From Lama guanicoe (lineage: Eukaryota): 64,000 nt of DNA. The stretch's first letter is position 1. Each line of letters opens with the position of its first letter. Of this stretch, positions 50,126 through 64,000 are shown one piece after another. The position numbers and the translations under genes were made by a program. The notes beneath the pieces were generated by a model. It did no database searches, was not told the DNA's origin, and saw nothing but the letters and a program-made list of their open reading frames with translations. The DNA is taken from assembly GCA_013239625.1 (NCBI GenBank), contig MU056000.1:14970851-15034850 (forward strand), in the 5' to 3' direction.

Positions 50126-50589
50126 TTAATTTAATATTTATTTTTAAATCAAGAGGTAAACATATTCAAATATTAATGGGAAAATTGGTAAGAGGAACAA
50201 GAGTGCGATTATTTATTTGGAGGGATTTGTACAAATGGTTAAACAGTTGGAGAACAAATGAAACATCTACTGGATAAGGTTAATCTGTTAGTGGGAGGGC
50301 CAGCTATTATCATGTTAATATCTGTTGGAGAAAAACCATATAATTCATTAAAATATTTCTACAAACCAGACCTGTTGGAGTATTGTACATGTAATTTAAG
50401 AATGTAATAAGGAATATAAACATGGAGGAATAATTATGTCTCCAGTGATTTAAAGAGCTGATGTCAGTTTCTATATAATTTGAACAAAAGGCATAATCAT
50501 ACAAATCCATACTCAAACTGATAATTTTCCTTTGTTTTTGTTTTTACATCATTGAAATCTGACTATAAAAATGTTTTGGGAAACCGCTT

Positions 50590-50875
50590 TCATTCAATAA
50601 AGAAAGGATTATGGATATATTCAATTAGCGTCTATATTTCTACCTCCTTATTTGAATTAGCTAAAATATGAATATGAAGTAATCTAGTCATTTTCCTAAT
50701 TGCTGAGAATTTTCAAACTGTCACTATTATAAATAAAACTGAATTGATTATTTTCTTATATAATTTTGCACATATGTGTGGTCATTGCTATCAGGTAAAT
50801 TACTGATAGCAGAATTGCATAGTCAAATCTTAAGATGATCATGTACCAATTAATACAACTATCAATGCACCGATA
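50590..50875 (-). mobile_element. L1ME-type fragment
   Basis: ctattataaataaaactg...ttttgcacatatgtgtg...aggtaaattactgatagcagaattgcatagtcaaa...tgtaccaatt. Confidence 0.6.
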
Positions 50876-52199
50876 ATGTATTCAAAAATAATGTATGTAT
50901 TTAAAAATGGGGAAATCATTCATTATTTATCTCTCTTATCACAAAAATGAAAAGATACTAACAAGTACTGCTTGCTTTAGATTTTAAAAAGACAGAGAGA
51001 GAAAAAGAGAGAGAGAGGAGGTAGAGGGAAGGAAGAAGAGGAGAATGTTCAAGTTTCCCTCTTGAAATTTACCTGATTTAAGTCAAAGTACAGGAACTTG
51101 ACCAATCTGTGATGTCACAAATAATCATAAAATAATCATGAAATTGATAAACCACAAAACAGGTACAAAGAGAAAAACATGTTTTGATAATATGAATGTA
51201 GTCACTCTTACATAAAGTTATGAGATAAATCACAATTCAATTTAGGGCACTGAATAAAGAGTTTCTCTTCTTAGGCTAGAGGCACACCTTGTACTGCAAT
51301 TTTGAACTGAATTATTTTCTACTCACCTCACAGCTAACAGAGTTGAAAATTAAGTGAATTTCAAGTGAAGTCAGGTGAAGTCATTCCATATTCATGATTT
51401 AATGCCTACCAGACAGAAATAGGATTATTTAAATTAGAATTTTGAAGAGCATAATGGAGAACTATATTAATGATTTGTGAAAAGGGATCCAACGGTTTGA
51501 AATTGACATGAGTAAATAATGTCTAGTGAAAACTTGGTTCTCATATGGGTATTTCTATAGAAGATTATATTGACTGAAATTATAACCTATGCTTAAAGAA
51601 AAGATATATCGAGAAATGTAAGAAAAAGGTAATTAACCTATAGCAGCCAATTTATTTTAATTGCATTCATCCTTTCGAGTTTATAAATAGGTATTCTGAG
51701 ATGCTTCTTTCATTTTAAATTGAAAGCATTGAGCATGCAATCTTAAAGGCATCATTTTGCAATATTAACAGCTCAGTGACTTTATTTTTAACTTTTTTCC
51801 ATTTTAATCCCATGTAAATAAAGCATAAGACATTATACCTGAAAAAATTTATGAGAATACATTGATTGAAAGCTACATTACATATTATATATAAACATAT
51901 TATACATTGTATATATAATATATAACTACTTTGAAACATAATACATATTTTTATGTTTATATAGTTAATTAAAGGTCAATGACATCAGTTCCAATATTTC
52001 TTCAAACACCTCTTCTCTTCTAATAGAAAACTACAAAACTTAACTCCTTTATCCCTACTATGTTAAAACGAGTCTTTTGGACTGACCTCATTTTAATTAT
52101 CCATTAAAATTTTAGTGCTATGAAAAAAGAGAAACTGCAGCCAATACTTCAGGTAAAATTGCATGTGTTTACATATTTTTCATTAAGTGAAATATTTAT

Positions 52200-52590
52200 A
52201 AAGTCATTGAGAATTTGGGAAATACAGATTAAAATAAAATAAAATAAAACAAATAAAAGAAATAAAACAAAGGTTATTAATATTTCCTTTATGAAACATC
52301 ATTATGAAAACATCAATTTGATGCTTGTCTTTCCAATCAGTATTCCTGACAGTGCATGTGTTTGTGTGGGCATGGAATTAATTTTTTAAAACTTCAGTCA
52401 TTTTGAACAAATAATGTATATTTAATTATATTACTTGGCAGTGTATTCATTATATTTTTACATGCCTTCAAATGTTGACTGAAAACATGCTTTTAATGAT
52501 TACATAATATCAATACGCATACAGGTCATTTAATATGGCATAACTAAGTTCTGAATATTTAAGTTGTTCAGAAATAGTGTGTTGTTCTAG
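52200..52590 (-). mobile_element. L1ME4/L1MC-type 3' fragment
   Basis: cattgagaatttgggaaatacaga...ttgatgcttgtctttcca...catgcttttaatgattacataatat. Confidence 0.45.
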
Positions 52591-52860
52591 ATATTATGGA
52601 AACAAAATGACATAGTTGTAAGGAAGGGAAGTAACCCTTAGTTTGTAGAATTACACCTCTGCCATTAACGATTATTTGATTGGGAATATTTTGTTTCATC
52701 TTCCTATGAAAATTGTATTATTCCTTAGCAACAATTCGTATGCCTATATTTCTAGACAAGTATAGAGCTCTTACTAATAGCAACTAATCTACTTGTTTGT
52801 CTCCCAATCCAGAACACAGGGTTCAGCATATAATTTTCATTTATGCAATGATGATTTCTC

Positions 52861-53133
52861 CCCACTTTAATGAGATATAATTGACACAATGCATTGTGTA
52901 AGTTTAAGGTATACAACCTGTTGATTCGATACACTTACTTATTGCAATAGAATTACCACTATAACGTTAGCTAATACTTTATCACGTCACATAAATGTTA
53001 CTTTTGTGTGTGTAGTGAGAACATTTCAAACCTACCCTCTTAGCTACTTTTAAGTATATAATACAGTATTATTAACTATAATTATCCTGCTGTGCATTAG
53101 ATCCCCAAAACTCATTCATCTTACAACTAAAAG
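52861..53133 (-). mobile_element. L1MA9-like 3' end
   Basis: ctttaatgagatataattgacac...gtaagtttaaggtatacaac...gtgagaacatttcaaacctaccctcttagc...tgctgtgcattagatccccaaaactcattcatcttacaact. Confidence 0.88.
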
Positions 53134-53459
53134 ACTTTTAAATGAAGTGAGTAATCTGTAAATAGATCAGTAATTAGAAGGACTCTAATCATGTACACCT
53201 TGGATGCAACCAATAGTGTGGTACAGCATTTATTTTCTATAGGACAAACTTATGAATAAATTATCTACAAAGAGATTAAGATCTTATGTAAATTTATGGT
53301 ATGATGTATTTTACTCCCAGGCAAGGTCACAGTCTATGCAATTTTTTTTCTGATTTATAAGATAGCATAACAAATTGTCTCATGGCTCTTCTATGTGTAA
53401 ATCACATTCATTTTTATTTAATTATAAAATCAATTTGGTATAAGACAAATCCAGTAAGC

Positions 53460-53690
53460 GCTGCAGAGAGTGTGATAGAATATCATATTAAAACACTGAA
53501 AGTCAAATAATTACCTTTTCTTTGTGCTTTGACACCCTAGCTAATCCTTCAACCATTCTGTCCTTATCCATAAGAACATAATGGTAACATTTATCTCTCC
53601 TACTTCACAGTGATTTTGTTAGGGTCAGATGAGAGGATATCAGTGAGTATAACTGTAAAATGTAACAGCGTCTATAAATGTGCTATGATC
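53460..53690 (+). mobile_element. MIR SINE
   Basis: tcaaccattctgtccttatccataagaacataatggtaacatttatctctcctacttcacagtgattttgttagggtcagatgaga...tgtaacagcgtctataaatgt. Confidence 0.6.
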
Positions 53691-56459
53691 TTCATTTGTT
53701 AAATTCAGGGTTTAGATTAACTTAGCAGAGTAACTTTAATAGGTAGAATTTAAACTCCTTGTAATTCTTAGCTTTACTGTGGAATTATATTAATTTTTCA
53801 AATGCAATGACTATAATGTTTTCTTTTTATTTTATTTAACTGACACAGTAAATGACTTCTGCATACCCTTGACTTTTAATAATGATGTTGGAAAAGCTTT
53901 CGGAAGAGAAAGATTTTTTCTTTATTTATCTATATGTTTTGTGCTCAAATTTCTTGAGCAAGCATGAGAGAACTATTAGATCTCGGCATGCCTACCAAAA
54001 ACAAATGCTATGCCAATTACTCATACTTAGATTACTATTATTCCTACTTTGTGATATTGCTTAATCATTCTGATAAAATCTAAAAATGTAAAAAATACAT
54101 ATATAAAAATACTTGCATGAATAAGGCCAGATGGCAAGGTTATAGTTGACATCATCAGTATTATCAGAATAAAAAAAAAAGAATTATGCTGGTGTGCTTC
54201 TCTTGATGTCTTACTGAATGAGATGCACACTACCAAGTAAAACTTAATCAGAGCTAGGTTGCTGAAATTTTACACTGATAGCAATGACCAAGAACCAAGG
54301 TAACAGAGAAACATTGAATAGGATAGACAATGAAGATCTTGACCTTGTTTTACCTGAGTACATACTCAGTGAGTAAGTGAACAAGTCACTTAGTAGATAG
54401 TCTGTTATGAAATGAGTTAGGTTACACCATGAGGATTCAAAATTTGAAAACAAGTGTGAATATTCAGGTGACTAGATACAGAAATTTAAGGAAAATCATA
54501 TTGTATAAAAGCAAAATTTATGGTGAAAAACATGCTAATCTTGCAGCAACTTAAAATACGTTGAAAAATTTATTATTAAAAATATTATTGCTAAAAATAC
54601 ACAATTTCTACTACTAGTGAAACCCCTCTGGCTTAAGGCTATATTCTTCAAAAATATAATAATTGCTGAGAAAAAATATTTAAGGGCGTTCAACACACTG
54701 TAACAGTTTTTGGATGCAAATGCTACAGGCACATGAATTAAAAAGTTACAGCTCATGTTAGGAAAAGCCAACATCTGAGATATTTAAAGGGTACAAACAC
54801 GTTAGATGAGCATTTTTATGAAAACATAAAAGCATGGGTAGCAAGTGAAATATTTTCTAGCTTCTTGGACCAATAGCAACTATTATAGGCAAAATGGGTG
54901 GGAATAAATGTAAAATTTTATTATTTAAAAAAAACCTGCCCCACACATTATCTTCTAATTTTGCAAAGTGTAATCTTTTCAGCAGCAACTTCCAGGCAGT
55001 GTAAACCTATACTAATACTGCTTGGGAACTAAGAACTTATCATCTATGAATGACATATATAATCACTTTGATTGATTGATTGATTGCTACAGTTAAGAGA
55101 TTTATTGGCCCAAGACTTCATAAAAGTTTTTAAGAATGCTACTAACCCAGTTACTCATCATGGTGTGATGGGCCACCCTGAGCAGATGCCTGGTACAGTC
55201 TTTAGCACTCACTGATGTTTGAGAATGAACTTTTAGACTTTCAAAGGATTTTGTGTTGCTGAGAAAATCATTAAAAAACCCTGCTAAGTATGTCAACGTT
55301 TTTCAGCTGAAAGTATAAAATAAGTTAGACTTAGCTAACATCTAAAGCACGGTACACATTTAAAAAGTATTGCTTATGCATTTCTTGAGAGAGAGTGAAA
55401 TTGCTGAATATGGAGTTAAAATAGCAATGAAAAAGGACAGCAGTGATGCTAGGCACGACGTGAACTATTTGAAAAGAAATATCTTTGGCATGATAAAAAT
55501 ATGTGCTCATGTAATCTTTGGTCTCGAGAATGCAGGTAGAAATTTATGTTAATGAGGAAGATGCCATTGGAAGAGGTCCTTACAAAGACTCTCCTGCACA
55601 GATTTAATAATTAGGGACCTTGTATCTTTCCCATCATCAAATGTCCAGTTCTATCAAGATGGTGAGTTTAGGGGGCAAGAATGATTTACCTTTTTTTCAA
55701 AGACTCAAATAACCAGGGGATAATTAACACTTATTGCATGTGTACAAGTATTTAGTTTACTTTTTAAGCACTGCTCTTAGAAATAACATAAACTATATTA
55801 GCTATAGTCTATAATTATCCCATATATTTTTATAAACTTAATATTCAACAAGTAAATATTAAATAAACTATAATACTATTTGTAGTCTTAAGAAATGACA
55901 TTTAGTATAAATATTAATGTTTTTGATTCTGAGTAATGCTTCACACCCTACTTGATCTTTTTCTAATACATGACATATGTACTCCGTTAATATTTTAGGT
56001 AAAACTGAATTCTGAAAAATATCTTGACCTAAATATTTTGGATGAAGAATGTTGAATTAGTATCAGATAACTAGTTAATTTATACAAAGTATAGGTGAGC
56101 CCAATAATTATTTCCCTCAAACATTTAACATAATGATATATGTATTTCACATGACACACTTAAAAAAAGGATAATACCCTGTGTTTGTTAATTGGAAATA
56201 TGTATATATGATATTTCCCAAATATTGTACTCATGTTATTATTCAGTTTTGATTTGTCACCCATTATTTATTTTCTCATAAATGAATGTCTGTTTTCCTA
56301 AGTTGCTCCTGAAACTTAAACCTCTTTTAAGTGAATAGATGATGAATATTAAATTCCTATGGCATTCTGAAAGGTAGTCTTTCAATAGTGATAATACTAT
56401 GCAACAGTGTTGATTCATATTATTTTTCTGTATCTTAGAAATATATCATTCATCCCCTT

Positions 56460-56603
56460 TTTTTAAACTTTTAATCTTTTAAATTGTTTTAATAGGGGGG
56501 AAATTAGATTTATTTATTCATTTTAATGGAGGTACTGGGGATGAACTCAGGACCTTGTGCATGCTAAGCACATGCTCTACCACTGAGCTATACCGCCCCC
56601 TCC
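56460..56603 (-). mobile_element. Vic-1-type camelid SINE (tRNA-Ala-derived)
   Basis: ttagatttatttattcattttaatggaggtactggggatgaactcaggaccttgtgcatgctaagcacatgctctaccactgagctatacc. TSD cattcatcccctt (56447-56459) / cattcattctctt (56604-56616). Confidence 0.92.
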
Positions 56604-58306
56604 CATTCATTCTCTTACTTACAGATGTGTATTAAGGTCATGTAAGAGTATGTGTATGTGTAGAATTTAGTCATGTTATGAAATCCATAAGTCTGAATGC
56701 TGTAAAATATTTTAAGAATATAATAAACATAAGAATAATACATAATATATAACATATAATATCATATATCAAGGGAACATTATAAGAATATATTACTTTT
56801 TTCTTCAGCTCTTAACAATACTGCCAATACATATTTGATGCTGGGTCTGGATGTGTATGTTTTTAATTTTTACTATTATGAGAACTTTATGTATAATAAT
56901 TTTTAAATGACTATGCACAAGAAAAGTATTAACATAGTTCTATATTTTAATATCTAAATGTATTTTTTAAATATATTTTATTAGTAGAATTTCAAGAGAT
57001 TTAATGAACAACTTTAAAGAACCAAGAGTTATTTATCCTTGCTTGAGTTGTGGTGGTCTGTAGGAAGTGGTTCCCCCTCTGGAAATGAAAATATTATCTT
57101 ACTAGAGAATAGTAATCTACACTTTAAAATTCATCTTTATGAAATTTATGTCCTCTTATTCATATTCTGTATGCAAACTATATTGCAAAAGGGGCTGATT
57201 TTTATGCTAAAATTTCTGTCCTCAAGGATCTCATCAGCTCTGGGAAAATAAGTAGAATGTTGACTGTAAGTTATTAGAAGTTTGCTGCCATAAAAATCTC
57301 AGATGATAGTTTGGAAAAAAAGATGAGTATTTCCAACTTGAGTTTGCATGTTGGAAAAAAAGAAGCAAATGTAACTACCTCTCCTTTGTCTGTAACCAAA
57401 TTTAGAGTTTCTCTTTTTTCACCCAAGAGAGCCACAGATTCTGCACCTCCCAATTCCAAGAATTCCTTTTGAACCCTCAGGTGACAAAGAAGGACTGTAA
57501 ACACAGTTCAAAAAGGTATTTGAAAGGGAAAATTTAAAATTTACGTTTGAAAATAGCTTCAAATATATTGCTGGGAAAAAGTGAAGTCACACTATTCAGA
57601 GCAAAGAAAAATGTGGTAATGTGAAGAGTTGTAACTAGGTCAAGTGAGTAAACAAACTATGTGTATGTGTGTCTATGTCTATTTCTCTGTCTCTCTCCAC
57701 CTCTCATTATTTCCTCACTGATTTATGGCAATTTATAATGGTCATACTCAAAAGTTTACTTAACTGTGAAACTTAATTAACAAATTCCTTTTATTATTTA
57801 TTTTCAAGTTTTGATTTTTGCTGTTATTTATAGATGTACCTAAACAGGTATGGCAGAAACTAGTCATACGTCATCTCTACAGAATCAGAAATATACTGAT
57901 ATTATCAAATCAATCTAATGGAGAAAGTATATGTCATTCAAATGTGTGTGTATATATACAATTAACACATTATATATAAATTATTTATTTATATATAAAT
58001 TATATGTAAAATATGTACATTAGTATGATTTTATTTAATTACTCATATCTAATATCCTTGTATTATCCTAAAAAGAAGATGATAATTCATCAGTACACAG
58101 GAGTATACTCTTTCAGTTTATTATTATTGGTTTAAGATGATTATGTTAAAATCTGTTTTGAATAGTCGGTACCTTTATAACATTGGTTGGTAAATACTGT
58201 GTATGTACTTGATATCTGAAAACAAATCAATTATCTAAAATTTTCTGCTTCAGATTTTATAAAAAATAGGCTCATTCATTGACTTCCTGATGCCTGATTG
58301 TGACCA

Positions 58307-58864
58307 TGTTACCAAATTGGTTGCCTGGACCAGTTCTGGAGTCCTAACCAGGACCGAGACCCTTTGTCTCATCTGGGGAGGTTCTTTTTCTGCTTGGGTT
58401 CACACAAGCTTTATTCCACAGTTAAAGAATGGAGAAGTGGTAACTTAGTTGATAAATCAACTTCTCAACCCAATTCAGGCAGAGATACCACATGTATAGG
58501 AGGGTTGAGAGAAAAGGGAGGGAGTTGGAGAGTGGAAGAAATATTTATGACTTATCCTAGAATAGGATGTGGTTTGGCTTTTGAGTCCTTGTATGAGCTT
58601 TTCTGGCTGTTGTCATGGCAACTGTCAATTGTCATGGTGCTGATGGGTGTGTCACTTGGCATGCTAATGTATTACAATAAGAGCATAATAAGGGCTGAGG
58701 TCTACTGGAAGTCAAATCATCCCCCACCTTGACTGAGCCCAGTTGGTTCTAACCAGTTCTTGTTTTTCTCTTTGCTGCTTCCTCCTAAAACTTAGATAAG
58801 AGCAATTAGTTTCCATTCTAGGGAAGGGCAGGGGTATGTTTCCAGGGCAATAGCCTTGGTAACA
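58307..58864 (-). mobile_element. ERV1-class solo LTR (558 bp), related to the LTR at 14341
   Basis: Perfect 9-bp terminal inverted repeat tgttaccaa...ttggtaaca. Antisense poly(A) signal ctttattc; motif gtcatggcaactgtcaattgtcatggtgctgatgggtgtgtca. Confidence 0.88.
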
Positions 58865-60744
58865 ACAGCACGTACACTATTCTAATTATTTACTTCCTCC
58901 AAATCTTTTGTCTCCCCAGAATTTCAGTGTTTTTCAAGTAAAGTGGTCTTATCTCTTTTATGTTCAAAATGATGCTATGGTGAACATTTGCCATTATACT
59001 AATTAGACTCAACAGTTAAAGTTTCAACTTTTCAAAATGGAAAGAAACCTCTTACTAATAAATTTTAGTCTTCACATTTTTTTTAAAATTGCTTTGAGTG
59101 TAAACATGCTAAAGCAAAGTATTCAATGAAACATTTCTTTCAAGAATTATTCATAGCTTCAACAAGGTATGTTCATTTGCAGCTTTTAATACTGTAAATG
59201 TGTTATACATAATTTGTTTTGAAGAGTTCAAGGAAGTTTTCATCATATAATTGAAATTCCTGATGTCATACCTTTCTATAGTCTATATTCTCATTCAAAT
59301 AAGGACAGCAGGATAGAAAACGCAAGGAATATAGACATTTGTGAATTATTTCTGCAAATCCTTAGGGAATTTGGTATTTTATTAAACTGGAAGACAAGTG
59401 AAAATATTATGGAAATAGCACTATTTTCTTTAGTAAGATTTTGATTGTTTACTCTCAGAGGTCAAGAAGTGGTAGTTAGCCAGTTACTTCTGTCACCAGC
59501 AATTCTAGCCATATGATTATGAATATAGTGACTGTGACACTTTCATCCAGTATTGATTAGTCTATGAAATACCATTTTGAAATGGAGTTAATGATCTGGT
59601 AAAAAAGTTTTCCTCAAAATGGAACATTTAGAGATACTGAAGAAATAGGAGTATGAGATTTGAAAGCAGTATATTTTTATTTAATGTGCATAATTCGGGT
59701 CATTTTTATCTACAGTTTTACATCTAGACAGTGAAAGTCTCTTCAATCAAATATAAAACATATAATTATATTAAAATATATCTTTTCACATATAGTCAAC
59801 TCAAAGATGTTTTACTTACAAAGATATTTAACATTGTGCATTTTCATTTTACTGGATTGTGTGTGTTTGTTATCAATGCCTTCAGTTTGAAATGGAATAA
59901 AATAATCTTCTTGCATATTATGCATGATATGCATCAAGGCCTCACAGGATTTTCATATTTCTAGAACAAGGAAAAGTATATTGATAACTGCATGGAAAAT
60001 GTGTACAGAAATTATGACAGTAGACTGGATCTTAGGTTTTTCTAATCAACATAAGGTTATTGTTAGAATAATTAATATGACAGTAATCATGTTATCATAA
60101 AAACCTAAACATATATTAACAAGATAAACAACTAACTGGGGCATATGTGTTTTTAAATAACTCATCTGCAACATCCCATGCCTGAAATAAAACTTATCAC
60201 ACATTTTTCCATACAATTTCTATGTTGATGGAAGTGAAAAATTAACCCTAAAATATTGCAAGGGATTTCTTTTTCTGATAGTTTGGTTAGCTAGATAGTC
60301 TGAAAAGTCTTCACACTATAAAATAGGTTTGTGTTACAGAGAGCATGATTACCTTTATTTTAAATGTTTTGTAAGCTCACAGAAAAAAAAAAAAAAAGAG
60401 GAATTTCTGAAAAGCAAAATAACAAAAATAGAACAAAAAATAGATGGATGAGCAAAACGTCACAACTGGCTTCACCATAGGGACCAAATGCTCATCTCAG
60501 GTGGGTGATGGATGTTAACAACTATATTAAAGGATGAACCGTTATAAGAGGGGAAGTGGAATTTAAATTGAAATCTAAAAGTTAGGCTTTTGTGGGAAGA
60601 ACACTAAGTAAAAGGGAAAGCTGCAAAAATAAAATCAGTCTTCCAGAGAAATAAAAAATAAAATTGTTTTTCTCTAATTTTTTTACTGTGGGGTTAAAAA
60701 AGACAGTAATCATCTTTTGTGAGAAAACCGAGGATGAGAAGGTA

Positions 60745-61153
60745 AAAGTGCCTCTCCAAATCTATAGATAAATTATGGTGTATTCATCTGATAAAATATT
60801 ATATAGCCATAAACATTAAAAATTGTTGCTCCATACAAAAGCATGACTGAATGTGGTTGGAATAATCTTAATCAAAAGAGGTTAAGTTTATAACATCTAG
60901 TTTTATAAAGTCCAAGCAATGGCAGAACATACCAACTTATTACAGTCGGAGAAAGGGTTGTCTTAAAGTGAGATAATGACTAGGAAGAAAGCCCAAAGTG
61001 GGTTTCTGGTATGCTAAAAATATTAAATTTCTTGATTTGGATGCTGGTTGCACAGAAAGATTAATTTATGAAAATTTACCCATGTGTTCATCTATGATCT
61101 GTATACATTTCAGCATACATATTTTTTGAAAGTTTTGCTTAAATTAAAAAAAA
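60745..61153 (+). mobile_element. L1ME-type 3' end
   Basis: gataaattatggtgtattcat...gggtttctggtatgctaaaaatattaaatttcttgatttggatgctggttgcacag...atctatgatctgtatacatttc, then an A tail. Confidence 0.8.
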
Positions 61154-61299
61154 GAAGACTTTAATATGAATTATGGTCTAAATGGTCATATTACTGGATC
61201 CACTGACCATGGATATATTTCCATTTATTTTGCAATTCTACCCACCCTGCTGCAGTGGTTTGGATTCAGATTCACAATCAAACTCACAACACAAAACAA

Positions 61300-62200
61300 G
61301 CATCACCCCCACTTTAAATTGGCTTGGTTTTAAGAAAGAATTCATGGCAGGTGACAATGTAGCATGCAAAGTAACAACATAACTTTTTGAGATTCCAAGG
61401 TGCAAATTCCAATGCCCTAAGTTAATGGTTCGACGTGTGGTCATGATGAATAAGGTTGAGTATTTGCCCACACTTAAGTGATGACTTGCCAATTTTAAGC
61501 TCGTCAGAATATCCCCACACATACAGTCTGAGCCACCAGCTCACCTAATCACTGTCTTTTAATTTGATCAGACTTTCTCTTCCTCTTATAAGGTGCACCG
61601 CTTGAGTGTGGCCAGTTTCCTTGAAAATAGCTCCCTCTTGTGTTCCTATCTAAGTTAACAAGTCCTTATCATACCCAGGGTGAGCCTCCAGAAAAAATCT
61701 TTTCTATGTCCAGTCCATACCAAATCAAGTTTCTAAGGCCCCAGGAATATCTTTCTACGTCGGGGCCACTGCTACCTGAATCATCAAAAATGCTGAGTAC
61801 TTGTGGTGATGGTGAAATTCAAGTAACTTACATGCACCTTCAAGAAATACGTCATCTGGGCAGTTGTTAACTGGCCATATTCAGAGATGTGTTTCAAGAT
61901 GTACTTCAATCAATATGCAGGAAAAAGGCGTTTCATAATGGTTTTTTCTGAAGTGACAGAAACAAATCATCACTGATCTTTAACTGTTACATCACCAGTA
62001 TTCACCATTTTGGACATTATGCTGATTCTTTCAATGGTACTTTTATAATGATCCATTTATACTTACATATGGTTTAAGGATAAAGCAGAATCTAATATAG
62101 TATCAGGCAGTAAAAATCCTTTTGTCTTTGTACCCATGCAGTTGTCTAAAAGAGGCACCTTCCTAGTTTACAGCCACATACTGTACCAGCTACTCACTGC
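61300..62200 (+). mobile_element. Probable L4 (RTE-X clade) LINE 3' remnant
   Basis: ORF 61640-61870 contains TCGDGEIQ...H, resembling an RTE-X C-terminal zinc-knuckle relic. Downstream gcgtttcataatggtttt...aactgttacatcaccag...atgatccatttatacttacatatggttta...gtatcaggcag resembles the L4 3' region as I recall it. Confidence 0.55.
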
Positions 62201-62807
62201 CAGTCATAAACCGTACTGTCTATTTCTAAGGAGGTATTTCTTTTGAGATTATACAAGAGACAATATGATAAACATAACCAAGAAAATGCTACAGAAGTGG
62301 ACAGGTAAATTCAACTGTTGTTAATCATGAGCTTCATCAAGAAATTCTGGTTGATGTCTTTTTTCCTAATGATTTAAATTGTTTTGGGGTAAATCTTAGA
62401 ATTTGACTTCAGTTACATTCTCCTCTTCAAGGAAAAAGAAATCTTGGGCTTCTCCCAACTTTGAACAGCACTACATCTAAGAGAAATGGCTAAGAAAATC
62501 ATTATCTTGCTTTGGAAGGCTAAGTTAGATAAGGAATAATAATTTCCTATTCTGTTTTCCTTATCCATCTTTATACCTCTTTTCAATCAACCACAATTTC
62601 TTCCTACCTCCACCCCAGTGTACCATCTGTTAATCTAGATTTTGTATCCCTGTTAGTGATGCCGAAAACCCACAGGGTAGCCTAAGCATAGCTTCCACTG
62701 TGCATATTTCCAGGGATGTAATGGATTTCTGAACAACAGACTGACGGTTTATCAATATTTTATCAGTGTTTTCTAATTTTTAAGATGTAGATGTATATAG
62801 AGCATGC

Positions 62808-64000
62808 TTTTTTATTGAACTTTTCATTTTACAACACATTTAGAATTACAAAAAGGAAATGTGAAGATAATACAGTTTCCACAGACCCCACACTCAGATT
62901 CTCCTATTAACGTCTTACATTAGAATGGTCCATGTGTTTGTTACCCTTAATGAACCAATACTGATGCATTATTGTCAACTAAAATTCATTCTTTATTTAC
63001 ATTGACGTAGGTTTTACTTAATTACCTTTGCAATTCCAAGATCACATCCAGGATACCATGTTAAATTTAGTAGTCCTGTCTCTCTAGGATCCTCTCAGTT
63101 ATGATTGTGACAATGACTTTCCTCATTTTCCTTGATCTTGACAGTTTTCAAAAGAGCTGTTCGGGTATTTTGTAGAATGGCCCTCATTTGTGATTTGTTG
63201 ATGTTTTTTCTCATGATCAGGCTATGGTATTTGTTTTTAGAGAGGAAAATTGCAGACGTAGAGCATCATTGTTATTACATTATATCAAGGGTACATATTA
63301 TAAACATGGCTTAACACTGCCAATGTAAATGTTTATAACCTAGTGTTTGTCAGGTTTCTCCAATGCTACATTAACCTTTTTGCCCTCCTCCATCCTTTGC
63401 ATACTGTAATCTTTGAAATAGAGTCATTTTCACAGTCCACATTTAAGGAGTTATGCTTCACCTCCTTGAGAGTGAAGAATTTATGTAAATTATTGGGAAT
63501 TTTTCTACATGAGAAATTGTTTGTTATCCACGATTTATCTATTTATTGAGTCGTGTATTTATTTATGGCACTATGGACACCTGGATATATATATTCAGGT
63601 TATAATGCAATATTACTTTATTTTATGGCTCAAATTTTCTAGCTTTAAATATTTGGAACTCTTTCTGTCGAATTCTGCATCCCTTTGGCATACTACCATC
63701 CTGGTTTATTTTCTTCCTGTAAACACCTCCTTACCTTGGCAATGCAGAGTGCTCCAAATTCATCTCACTTATTTCCTGCCCCAGTCCTGGAATAAGCAAT
63801 TTCTCCAAGTGTGCTGACTGATTTATTTTATTGGAGAATGGTACTAGAAACCAGTATCTTCTGCTAAGTGTGCTCATTAATCTTGGGGTATCACTGCTTC
63901 TAGGTTTTCTCAACCAACAAGTCAAGGGGATACATGTATATGAACTGATTTATACACATTTACACTCTATCTACACATCTACACATATGTGTATTCTTGA
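62808..64000 (-). mobile_element. L1MD-type (L1MD2-like) 3' UTR, running off the window end
   Basis: T tail then attgaac...aatgaaccaatactgatgcattattgtcaactaaa...tccaggataccatg...ggtattttgtagaatg...tatcaagggtacat...tagtgtttgtcaggtttctcca...ttggagaatggtactagaaacca. Confidence 0.88.

Noticed and set aside
58364..58732. 122-aa ORF with a hydrophobic stretch
   Set aside because: Lies entirely within the ERV1 solo LTR, on its antisense strand, and starts at a non-ATG codon.

Overview
64 kb of AT-rich, CpG-depleted mammalian genomic DNA. It is very likely from a camelid (alpaca/llama/camel lineage), judged from two tRNA-Ala-derived Vic-1-type SINEs and a young camelid-type L1 3' end. I find no credible host protein-coding exon, functional RNA gene, CpG island or CRISPR array. 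The only ORF-track entries with recognisable homology are transposon relics: L1 ORF1p at 45.7-46.3 kb and a probable RTE-X/L4 C-terminus at 61.6-61.9 kb. The window looks like a gene desert or very large intron, built from layered repeats: ancient MIR/L2/L4/HAL1, eutherian MaLR/ERVL/ERV1 LTRs, L1M fragments and lineage-specific L1/SINE insertions. The best-supported structures are a complete two-LTR MLT1C-type element with its target-site duplication (TSD), a twin-primed (5'-inverted) L1 with a duplicated junction and TSD, several nested insertions, and two related ERV1 solo LTRs. A few non-repetitive, homeodomain-motif-rich blocks may be enhancers. I see no evidence for a new biological system. 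Repeat subfamily names come from recalled consensus sequences, and boundaries of old repeats are approximate; both need RepeatMasker/Dfam confirmation.
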